DNA of 64,000 nucleotides from an uncultured Rhodospirillaceae bacterium (GTDB taxonomy: Bacteria > Pseudomonadota > Alphaproteobacteria > MPNO01 > UBA2964): positions 27,543-91,542 of the forward strand of contig CAZCKO010000002.1 of the NCBI GenBank assembly GCA_964499275.1, given 5' to 3'. The position numbers and the translations under genes were made by a program. A model generated the notes under the pieces. The model was not told the DNA's origin and ran no database searches. It saw nothing but the letters and a program-made list of their open reading frames with translations. Positions 26,313-34,755 of this stretch are shown piece after piece. Each line of letters starts with the position of its first letter. The first letter of the stretch is position 1.

Positions 26313-27302
26313 TTAGCTGTTGTGTACGGACTCTATAAAAAGGTCTTCAACAGACAATTGTCGGTCGAGTAAGCCTTGGTCATCACAATATCCTATGAAG
26401 GTCTCGAGGTTGTTGCGGTTAGCCGAAATTCCAGAGGGCCAAAGATCTGGCGCCATTCTCTGGCTTTGGGCCTTATAAATGTTTGATGTCCAGGCCAATA
26501 ACGCGTAGGCCGGATCGTCGTAATATTTATAGGCAATATTTTTTGCCTGATTCCACAAATGGATCAGGTCATTCGGAAGTTCTGGCACTTTGGTAATAGC
26601 ATCACGGTGCATCACCAGGAGGTGCATGATTGGAAAATAACCATATTTTTTGAAATACCCCTCGTCTTCCGTTTCTGGATCAGGAAATAAGCGCCGCACT
26701 TTATCGCCAGCGGCCGCAAGTGATTTTAAAGACTTAGCTGGTGGCTGGGGACAAATGAGCGCATCAATTTCACCCGCCGCAAGCATTTCGCCAATATCCG
26801 CATCCGCAGGAATTTGTTGGACAGACACTCCGGGTGGAAATTCCACCGGCAGTTGTTCGGGCCTCATGCAGCGCCAATTAATATCACGCCAGTCGACACC
26901 GTAATCCCTTTTGAGGTCCCCTTTTGCTAGGACTGATAACGTTACTTGAAATGCCGTAATTCCGACATTTTTTCCAATCAGGTCCCTTGGGGTTTTTATT
27001 CCAGTGTTAGCGTTTATATAAATCTGGCTCATTGAAAAATATCGACGGGGAAAAACCGGGATCCCCACCATTGGAAAACTGGGATCACGTGATAGGCCCA
27101 AGATATATGATCCTAAGGACATTTCACATATATCAAATTCTAGATCGTTTAACATCCGGTGATGCCGGTCTAACCCGTGACGCCTTTCGAGAGTTTCACC
27201 AACCTCTAAAATATCCAATTCTACGCCCTCAGGACCGGTAATTTGCCCCGTAAAAAAAGGCATATGTCTTTCATAGAGCTCTAACGCCATTGATAGTTTC
27301 AC
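26313..27302 (-). CDS. 4,5-dihydroxyphthalate decarboxylase-like protein (periplasmic-binding-protein fold, no signal peptide), copy 1
   Basis: 329 aa. FDICEMSLGSY and GIPVFPRRYFSMSQIYIN blocks are shared with the paralog at 44475 and resemble the Pht5/NMT1-like family. GTG start preceded by a G10 run plus AG. Confidence 0.55.
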   Translation of the reverse strand: MKLSMALELYERHMPFFTGQITGPEGVELDILEVGETLERRHGLDRHHRMLNDLEFDICEMSLGSYILGLSRDPSFPMVGIPVFPRRYFSMSQIYINANTGIKTPRDLIGKNVGITAFQVTLSVLAKGDLKRDYGVDWRDINWRCMRPEQLPVEFPPGVSVQQIPADADIGEMLAAGEIDALICPQPPAKSLKSLAAAGDKVRRLFPDPETEDEGYFKKYGYFPIMHLLVMHRDAITKVPELPNDLIHLWNQAKNIAYKYYDDPAYALLAWTSNIYKAQSQRMAPDLWPSGISANRNNLETFIGYCDDQGLLDRQLSVEDLFIESVHNS

Positions 27303-27530
27303 AAATCTCCCCCCCCCCTAAATTCAAGGCTGTAGGGTGGTACAATGTTAAATTTCTGTAAAGGGGCGTAAGTGTTTATCATGTTCACTTTTAGAGCCAA
27401 CGTTTAAATTCTCACTCAAACGCTTATTATAAATGCTTTCACAAATGTTTTTGTCATTTTAAAATGTTATAGTTTAATGGCTGAAGAGAAATCAGAGATA
27501 TTAAAGTCTGGGTGAAGGGAAGATATTTCT

Positions 27531-28388
27531 ATGAAAATTTCACCTTACTCCACGGCACTTGGGGCAGAAATTACCGGTATTAAACTATCATCTTCGTGTG
27601 GTGATAATCTGATAAGAGATATTAAATCTGCATTACATGAACACTTGGTGTTAGTTTTTCGTGACCAAGACCTGTTGCCGGGTGAGCAAGTCGCTTTCAG
27701 TGAGCGGTTTGGTGAATTGGTTGTTAGGGTCTCAGGCGAATTTTTGCATCCTGAATTTCCTCCGGTTTTAATCCTGTCAAATCGCATTATTGATGGAAAA
27801 TCTGAGGGGGCAACGGATGCCTACGCAGGGTCCCATTGGCATTCCGACTTGACCTATGCTGAGCGACCTAGTTTTGGTTCAATGTTGCATGCACTAGAGG
27901 TCGCAGACGAGGGAGGTGACACCGCCTGGGCAAATATGTATGAGGCGTATGATACGTTAAACAATGAAATAAAAGAACGGATCGATGGGTTGAAGGCTAT
28001 TCACGTAAGAGATCGTCGACGTAACCCTAGGGCAGGAATTCCTGGAAATTTTGATCGTGATGTCAACGCTTATTACGATATCAAGGTTCCCGACTCCATT
28101 CATCCCATGGTTCGTACACATCCGGTGACGGGAAGAAAGTCTCTCTATGTTTCACCGCGTTTCACGGTTGCTATTGAAGGTGTTGATGACGCTGAAGGCC
28201 AGCCGCTCTTAAATGAATTATTTGACCATCAAAAAAAACCAGACTTTATGTTCCGACATAAATGGAAAACTGGAGATCTTGTATTTTGGGATAACAGCGC
28301 CACTATTCACCTCGCATGTGGGGGATTAAAGCCTCATGATGTCCGGAAATTACATCGGACATCGATCGCTGGAGATGTTCCATACTGA
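27531..28388 (+). CDS. TauD/TfdA-family Fe(II)/2-oxoglutarate dioxygenase (paralog 3 of 8)
   Basis: 285 aa. GSHWHSDLTY (HxD), GGDTAWANMY, FWDNSATIHLA. Confidence 0.85.
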   Translation: MKISPYSTALGAEITGIKLSSSCGDNLIRDIKSALHEHLVLVFRDQDLLPGEQVAFSERFGELVVRVSGEFLHPEFPPVLILSNRIIDGKSEGATDAYAGSHWHSDLTYAERPSFGSMLHALEVADEGGDTAWANMYEAYDTLNNEIKERIDGLKAIHVRDRRRNPRAGIPGNFDRDVNAYYDIKVPDSIHPMVRTHPVTGRKSLYVSPRFTVAIEGVDDAEGQPLLNELFDHQKKPDFMFRHKWKTGDLVFWDNSATIHLACGGLKPHDVRKLHRTSIAGDVPY

Positions 28389-28479
28389 AGAATCTTTTGG
28401 CTGCAGTAGACCAAGCCTAAAAACTCACTAAAATTAATTATAACTACTAATTTGACTAATATCTTTGGAGGCTTATGCC

Positions 28480-29550
28480 ATGACCGTTAATTTCAATAAT
28501 GTACATGAAATGTTACTAATGGCCCGCAGAAATTTGAGCCAGGATAACTGGGATTATATTAACGGTGCCGCGGAAACTGAGACCAGTCTGCGTCGGAACC
28601 GGATGTCAATTGATAGCCTGGCCTTTCGTCCACGTGTGTGTCGCGATGTTCGAGAAATCGATACCAGTATGAAATTTCTTGGCGATAAAATCCGTATTCC
28701 GGTCTTAATGGCGCCGATGGGTAGCATTCATAAATGGACGCCAAACGGTGCTAAGGATGTTGATACCGCCGCAGAAGAATTTGGCACGATTAATTTTATC
28801 AGCACGGTAACGCAACCAAGCCTCGAAGAAATTGCAGCCAATAGCCCTCATCCTAAATCCTTCCAGATCTATGTGCGTGGCGACGACGATTGGATTAAGG
28901 CGTTGGCGAGGCGGGCCATTGATGCTGGGTATAAGTCCATTACCCTCACTGTGGACTCCTCATTCTACGGAAATCGTGAACGTTTGAGCCCAACGCAGCT
29001 GGCACTGCGCAATGTCCCGGAACGGGATTTTCAAAAGGGGATCACATGGGACACCGTAAAGCTAGTTCAAGATACCATTGGCGATGTACCGTTTGTGGTC
29101 AAAGGCATTATGACCGCTGAAGATGCCGCAATTGCCGTCGAACATAAGGTGGATTGCGTTTACATTTCTAACCATGGTGGGCGTCAGCTTGACCATGTTT
29201 ATGGAAATATTGATACGCTACCCGAGATCGTGGAAGCGGTGGATGGCAAGTGTCAAGTTATCATTGATGGTGGCTTCACGCGTGCTGGAGATATGCTCAA
29301 AGCCATCGCGCTTGGTGCGGACGCGGTTGCGATTGGCCGTCTACAAGCGTGGGCCCTCGGGGCGGGTGACGCAGAGGGGCTTGTTAAATGCCTCGAAATG
29401 CTTGAAATCGAAATTGAGAGAACCATGGGTCTTCTCGGGGTCACAAATCTCGATCAGCTTGACCCATCTTATGTTGGCCCGGCGATGCCTGTCAGACTGC
29501 CGCATGAGCATAGTGCATTTCCTCATCTTCCAGATGACAGAATAGCCTAA
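28480..29550 (+). CDS. FMN-dependent alpha-hydroxy acid dehydrogenase/oxidase (lactate/glycolate/mandelate dehydrogenase family)
   Basis: ORF 28465..29550. ATG at 28480 follows GGAGG. ISNHGGRQLD and IIDGGFTRAGDMLKAIALGADAV motifs. Confidence 0.85.
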   Translation: MTVNFNNVHEMLLMARRNLSQDNWDYINGAAETETSLRRNRMSIDSLAFRPRVCRDVREIDTSMKFLGDKIRIPVLMAPMGSIHKWTPNGAKDVDTAAEEFGTINFISTVTQPSLEEIAANSPHPKSFQIYVRGDDDWIKALARRAIDAGYKSITLTVDSSFYGNRERLSPTQLALRNVPERDFQKGITWDTVKLVQDTIGDVPFVVKGIMTAEDAAIAVEHKVDCVYISNHGGRQLDHVYGNIDTLPEIVEAVDGKCQVIIDGGFTRAGDMLKAIALGADAVAIGRLQAWALGAGDAEGLVKCLEMLEIEIERTMGLLGVTNLDQLDPSYVGPAMPVRLPHEHSAFPHLPDDRIA

Positions 29551-29596
29551 GATAGAATAAGATGATGTCCGGTTTGTACCTCTAAGGGAGGGGGAT

Positions 29597-30823
29597 ATGG
29601 AACTACCCAGTAGCGATAAGTTCTACTCGATGAGTGTCGAGTCGATGGATACGAGTAAACTTTTAAAGAATGCCGCCCGCCAACGGGATGCGAGAAAATT
29701 TGATACATTCCCCATTATTGATTGTGATTCTCATCACTACGAAAGCGAGTCAGCGGCCGAAATCATTGAGTTTTTGGATGACCCTGTTATTAAACAGCTC
29801 GCGGAAAGTGAAAAAGCCCGCGGAAAGCCCGCCGGTATTTTCGGGGGAGGGCGTATCGGATACCAAGATCGTGGTGGAAGAATTACGCGTTATCCATTGC
29901 GGCGTACGGAGTTAACCCCGGGTGATGGACAACATCGTCACGCCCATATCACTCATCGTTGGATGGATGCAATGGGCGTTGACTATACATGCTTGTTCCC
30001 GGGCCCCATGTTGGGGTTAGGTCTGCATCCTGAAGCTGAGATAGAATTCCGGTTAGCAAAAGCCTATAACCGTTGGCTTGTTGAGACGGTGCTACCAAAT
30101 TCACCAAGAATTAAGGCACTTATATGTCTGCCTTTTAACCACCATCGTGGTGCGTATGAAATTATCGAGGAATTTGGTGATCATAAGGGCGTTGCAGGCT
30201 TTTGCGTAGCGTCAGTGCGTGACACTGCAGTGCATTCTGATGATTTAATGAAATGCTATTCTTTGATGGAAGAAATTGGCAAACCGCTTTCTTTTCATTC
30301 AGGAACAAATTGGAGCGGGTCACACCTACGTCATTCTAGTCGGTTTATTGCTGTTCATTCCCTTTCATTCCCCTGGTATGTAATGGTTCATATCGCAAAC
30401 TGGGTCACCAACGGGTTAAATGAACGCTTTCCGAAACTTAACGTAATTTGGGCTGAGGGCGGTTTGGCCTGGATACCATTCTTAATGCAGCGGCTCGACC
30501 ATGAGTACATGATGCGGACTTCCGAGGCTGCAGGGCTTAAAAAGCTGCCTTCAGAATACATGAAAGATATGTATTACAGCTCCCAGCCTTGCGAGGCGAT
30601 GCACCCTGAGCAGCTGGAACATACTTTTGAAATAATTGATGCTGAAAATACACTTTTATATGCGTCAGATTATCCGCATTGGGACATGGACGTACCCAGC
30701 GTGATTTATGACCTACCGTTTTTGGACGAACAGCAAAAAAGAAAAATTTTGGCTGAGAATGCTGCAGAGATTTTTAAGATCAACTACAGTGAGCGGTATG
30801 CAAATTATAAATCTTTGAACTAA
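29597..30823 (+). CDS. Amidohydrolase-2 family metal-dependent hydrolase/decarboxylase (ACMSD/LigW/LigI-like)
   Basis: 408 aa. IIDCDSHHYE near the N-terminus and YASDYPHWD near the C-terminus. Confidence 0.75.
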   Translation: MELPSSDKFYSMSVESMDTSKLLKNAARQRDARKFDTFPIIDCDSHHYESESAAEIIEFLDDPVIKQLAESEKARGKPAGIFGGGRIGYQDRGGRITRYPLRRTELTPGDGQHRHAHITHRWMDAMGVDYTCLFPGPMLGLGLHPEAEIEFRLAKAYNRWLVETVLPNSPRIKALICLPFNHHRGAYEIIEEFGDHKGVAGFCVASVRDTAVHSDDLMKCYSLMEEIGKPLSFHSGTNWSGSHLRHSSRFIAVHSLSFPWYVMVHIANWVTNGLNERFPKLNVIWAEGGLAWIPFLMQRLDHEYMMRTSEAAGLKKLPSEYMKDMYYSSQPCEAMHPEQLEHTFEIIDAENTLLYASDYPHWDMDVPSVIYDLPFLDEQQKRKILAENAAEIFKINYSERYANYKSLN

Positions 30824-30835
30824 TCAACAGCCGAG

Positions 30836-30867
30836 AAAAAACGGGCGCTAAGCAGCGCCCGTTTATT
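30836..30867. terminator. Bidirectional rho-independent terminator
   Basis: Perfect 9-bp GC-rich stem acgggcgct/agcgcccgt (30841..30849 and 30854..30862) with loop aagc. Flanked by AAAAA and TTATT, between convergent genes. Confidence 0.8.
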
Positions 30868-30882
30868 AGTTTATGAACAAAT

Positions 30883-31917
30883 TTATTTAAAGCCTGCCAA
30901 GGCGCGGATCTTTTTAACTAGACTGGGGTCCGCTGATAGGGCCCTATTAACGGCATTTTGAACAAATTCACCGCTGGCTCCATCGACCATACTATTTTTG
31001 TTGTATGCATCCTTTATGAAGGCCTTATCTTTAAGCATTTTGCTGAAAGCAGTTCGCAATGCCTTGATCCTTGCCTGCGGGACCCCGGGAGGCACCGAAA
31101 GACCCCAGCCAACTGGTGACCCGAGCTCAAGCAATGTTGCCATTTTTCGTTCTTCTTCGTTGCGGGCAAAATCGATCAGAAGCGGGATGTGGGGCAGGTC
31201 TGGTGCTTTCTTGAGACCAGTTTGTAGAATGATATCCACTTTTTTGTCTTTCAGCCACTGCGGTTTTTTCGCTTTCAAGCTGAACCACGCACCAATTCGA
31301 GCGTGTACCTCTCCGCTTTCCATGGCCTTATACATATTGGCTGCACCGCGATAGCCTTTGACGAGTTTGAGCTTCATTCCTGCCCATTTCATAAGGGCAG
31401 CACCTTCTAGGTATGAATGAGAAGACACACCAGAATTTGCCAAAATCACCTCTTTCTTAGTCGCATCTTGCCACTTTCTGATTCCGCGTTTGTGCCAAAT
31501 CATAAAAACCGCTGAGTAGGGCATCATCCGACCCAGGTAGTTAAAGTTTGCTGCATTATATTTTAGTTTCTTTGGTCTAAGAACCTGAGCTACCGCCGTG
31601 TCCTTAGATAACTCTGCCATGTAGCTACCATCTTTTGGCGCTGCAGAGTACATGTAGTTTGCAGCCTTACTGCCACCGGCACCTGATTTATGTTGGACAA
31701 TGATATTTGGTGTACCGGGGATATATTTACCAATATGTCGCGACATTATTCGCCCATTTAAGCCGTACATTCCACCGGCACCAAATGCGATAACCAAGGT
31801 TACTGTTTTTCCTTTATAAAAATTAGCCACAGGGTCGGCTTTTGCTGCTGATAAAAAGACAGATAATGCACACATCGCCGGAATCAGGCCGTGCATATAT
31901 TTGTTGAACCTCATCAT
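30883..31917 (-). CDS. Bug/TctC-family tripartite tricarboxylate transporter substrate-binding protein (orphan)
   Basis: 344 aa with signal peptide. Length and the IAFGAGGMYG block fit the Bug family. No tctA/tctB nearby. Confidence 0.65.
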   Translation of the reverse strand: MMRFNKYMHGLIPAMCALSVFLSAAKADPVANFYKGKTVTLVIAFGAGGMYGLNGRIMSRHIGKYIPGTPNIIVQHKSGAGGSKAANYMYSAAPKDGSYMAELSKDTAVAQVLRPKKLKYNAANFNYLGRMMPYSAVFMIWHKRGIRKWQDATKKEVILANSGVSSHSYLEGAALMKWAGMKLKLVKGYRGAANMYKAMESGEVHARIGAWFSLKAKKPQWLKDKKVDIILQTGLKKAPDLPHIPLLIDFARNEEERKMATLLELGSPVGWGLSVPPGVPQARIKALRTAFSKMLKDKAFIKDAYNKNSMVDGASGEFVQNAVNRALSADPSLVKKIRALAGFK

Positions 31918-32031
31918 AATTTTCTCCCTATTGTTCGCGAAGTTTGGCCTATAGCCATATTATTTTTAGTGGTTTAAATGTATTCTTTTTTGTTGCGTAA
32001 TCTCCCCTCTATACAAATGCACGGGTGTTTT

Positions 32032-33213
32032 TTATTTACGAACCACCAATTTAGGTTGGCTTAATTTAGGTTGGTTTGGCTCGGCCATAGTCAGGTTGCT
32101 GGAACGTCCTCCCGTATCACGAGATATTTTTCCGTCTTTTGTTTTGGCTTGAATAATTTCCCATTCGTTATTGAACGTAGCGTTGTGGCCTTGGAATTGC
32201 GGAATAACGTAGCGCGCAAACATTTCCATCGAGCGTTCCCATTTAAATCGATCAGTCCATTCAGGACTGTGCAGTAACATACCACCAAAGCCGCCAGTTT
32301 CGTGTAATTTGGCCTCTAACCAAGCCACTGCATCATCCGGCGTTCCGATGACCCAGTCGCGACGATCGGCACAACTTTCCGGCGTAAATTCAGAAAAGGG
32401 TTGTCCCTCATACTCCGCATAATGACCTCGAAGTCCGATGGCTGAAAAATATTCGGCTTCTCGCATAATGCCGTCCCGGACCTCGTCCCATGCCTGATCT
32501 GCTGTTTCCGCTAAATACATATACGTTGCTATACGCCAGTTATCACGATTAGCAATCTTACCGGCGTCACGGGCACCTTTTTCGACAATTTCCCAGTTTT
32601 TTCGTGCATCCGGTCTATTTTTACCAGTTGGCGACAGCCAAATCATATTATTCCGTCCGATCATCTCTAGGTTGGCAGGTGTCGCTGCAGATGGCATTGC
32701 CAGCGGCAAGCGTGGCTGTTGGAAGGACTTTAATTGCAGTTGCATGTCTTCAAATTGCCAAAATTCACCGTGATGGGTAATCGGGCCGTCAGCTTCCAAA
32801 AGGCGCACAATAACGTCTACCGCTTCATGTAACATTGGCACCAGTGCGCCCTCTTCCATGTTGAATAACATTTTATCGGTTACCAGGCTGCAGGGGCCTA
32901 CCCCGAGAATAGCTCGGCCGTGCGTCAGATGATCAAGAAACGCCATTCTTTCTGCGAGATAAAATGGGTGGTGGAAGGGGGCGCTAAATACCGATGTTCC
33001 CAACCGTATGCGGTGTGCCTTTGCCGCTGCCATGGATAATGCCATCTCCGGTGCTGGCATGGTCTCCCAGCCGCCAGAGTGATGTTCGCCGATATAAGCC
33101 TCATCAAACCCCAGCTTGTCGGCTAAATGAATGAGGCCGATGTCCCGCTGGAAGGCGAGAGCAGGGTTTTCCTTGGGATGATGACAAGGCATCATAAAAA
33201 GGGAAAATTTCAT
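32032..33213 (-). CDS. LLM-class (luciferase-like) flavin-dependent monooxygenase
   Basis: ORF 32032..33456. ATG at 33213 (MKFSLFMMPCHHP, the typical LLM start, with GGAG upstream) removes an implausible 81-aa extension that overlaps the gnd start. Confidence 0.8.
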   Translation of the reverse strand: MKFSLFMMPCHHPKENPALAFQRDIGLIHLADKLGFDEAYIGEHHSGGWETMPAPEMALSMAAAKAHRIRLGTSVFSAPFHHPFYLAERMAFLDHLTHGRAILGVGPCSLVTDKMLFNMEEGALVPMLHEAVDVIVRLLEADGPITHHGEFWQFEDMQLQLKSFQQPRLPLAMPSAATPANLEMIGRNNMIWLSPTGKNRPDARKNWEIVEKGARDAGKIANRDNWRIATYMYLAETADQAWDEVRDGIMREAEYFSAIGLRGHYAEYEGQPFSEFTPESCADRRDWVIGTPDDAVAWLEAKLHETGGFGGMLLHSPEWTDRFKWERSMEMFARYVIPQFQGHNATFNNEWEIIQAKTKDGKISRDTGGRSSNLTMAEPNQPKLSQPKLVVRK

Positions 33214-33357
33214 CAGATTCAATCTCCGCCGTTTAAGGCAATCAATTGATATAAGTTGATGGGTATTGTGCACATAGAGAAGCGGTTGTGCTACCCCATT
33301 TATCACAAAGTTATTATGGTACTGGACAGCCGGCATCTGCCTTCGTAGCCTCACTTT

Positions 33358-34755
33358 GTGGAAAAGATAGAAAATAAAAAAATCGCAATGATTGGACTGG
33401 GCACTATGGGCTCGACCCTTGCCGAGACCCTTGCTAGAAGTCATTTTGAAGTTCATGTATTGGAGCCTCTTTCCTCTGGCAATGTCCTGCTGCCAGCTGG
33501 CACCAAGCTGGCTGATGATTTTGGTTCAGTAGTTGCTAATTTAAAATCTCCACGCAGAGTAATGCTGATGGTAACCGCGGGGAGTGCGGTAGATAAAGTG
33601 ATTAGTCAGCTAACCCCTCATCTAGAACAAGGCGACATTATTATCGATGGTGGCAATTCGCATTATGTCGATACGGAACGCCGTGAAGCTGCTTTGAAAG
33701 AGATTGGCATAGGCTATCATGGTGTTGGGATTTCAGGTGGTGAAGAGGGTGCGCGATCCGGTGCCTCGGTTATGGCTGGAGGATCAAAGAAGGGATTCGC
33801 TGCCATTCGAGAAATTTTGGAGGCAATTGCCGCTAAGCAAAATGGGCAAGTATATTGCGAATACTTTGGGGCCGGTGGTGCCGGACATTTTGTTAAGATG
33901 GTCCATAACGGCATCGAATATGGCATGATGCAGGCTATTGGCGAAGCGTATCATTTACTTCACGAAGGGTTAGGTCTCAGCCATGCGGACTGTGGGTCTA
34001 TATTTCGTAGCTGGCAGGACGGAATGTTACGTTCCTTTTTAATTGGGATTACTTCAGATATTTTACATAAAAAAGATGGCTCAACCGGATCACATTTAAT
34101 AGAGCACATCGACGATGCTGCCGATCAAACAGGCACCGGCCGTTGGATGGTCGCCGAAGCTATGGCACTTGGTATTCCCGTGCCGACTATTTCAGAGGCG
34201 GTTGCCGCGCGCAGCCTTTCAGGGGGGAAGGAAACTCGAAGGGCAATAGAAAATTTTAAGCCGGAAATTATGGCCAGCTTAGATTTAACCGTCGATGAAA
34301 TCCGTGATAGTTTGTTGGCCGCGTTTTGGTGTTGTTTTGCTCAAGGCTTTGCCGTTCTCTCTGCTGGTGCAAATAAATATGGCTGGCCTCATCGCGAAGC
34401 CGGAATTGCTCGGGTCTGGCAGCGTGGCTGCATTATCCGGTCCCAACTTCTACAGAACATTACCAAAAGTTATATTGCGAACCCCGAGTTAATTCATTTA
34501 TTTGGTTGCCCGGAAATAACGAACATTTTTGTAAGCGCATTAGGCGGGTGTCGTCGCACTGTTTCCGGCGCTATCGGGGCCGGTCTGTCAATTCCGACGA
34601 TGGCATCGGCTATTACATATGCTGATGCATTCAGACCGAACCACTTGTGGACTGCCCTAACACAGGCACAACGAGATTACTTCGGGTCACATACCTATCG
34701 CCGAATTGATCAAGACGGATCGTTTCACACCAATTGGTTAAACGATGAAGGTTAA
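33358..34755 (+). CDS. gnd: 6-phosphogluconate dehydrogenase (decarboxylating)
   Basis: 465 aa. IGLGTMGS, GISGGEEGARSGASVMAGG, HFVKMVHNGIEYGMMQAIGEAY and AQRDYFGSHTYRRID blocks. GTG start. Confidence 0.9.
   Translation: MEKIENKKIAMIGLGTMGSTLAETLARSHFEVHVLEPLSSGNVLLPAGTKLADDFGSVVANLKSPRRVMLMVTAGSAVDKVISQLTPHLEQGDIIIDGGNSHYVDTERREAALKEIGIGYHGVGISGGEEGARSGASVMAGGSKKGFAAIREILEAIAAKQNGQVYCEYFGAGGAGHFVKMVHNGIEYGMMQAIGEAYHLLHEGLGLSHADCGSIFRSWQDGMLRSFLIGITSDILHKKDGSTGSHLIEHIDDAADQTGTGRWMVAEAMALGIPVPTISEAVAARSLSGGKETRRAIENFKPEIMASLDLTVDEIRDSLLAAFWCCFAQGFAVLSAGANKYGWPHREAGIARVWQRGCIIRSQLLQNITKSYIANPELIHLFGCPEITNIFVSALGGCRRTVSGAIGAGLSIPTMASAITYADAFRPNHLWTALTQAQRDYFGSHTYRRIDQDGSFHTNWLNDEG

Noticed and set aside
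33214-33456. 81-aa N-terminal extension of the LLM monooxygenase ORF (32032..33456) overlapping the gnd start
   Set aside because: The extension has no LLM similarity. The internal ATG at 33213 gives the typical MKFSLF start with an upstream GGAG and removes the head-on overlap with gnd.
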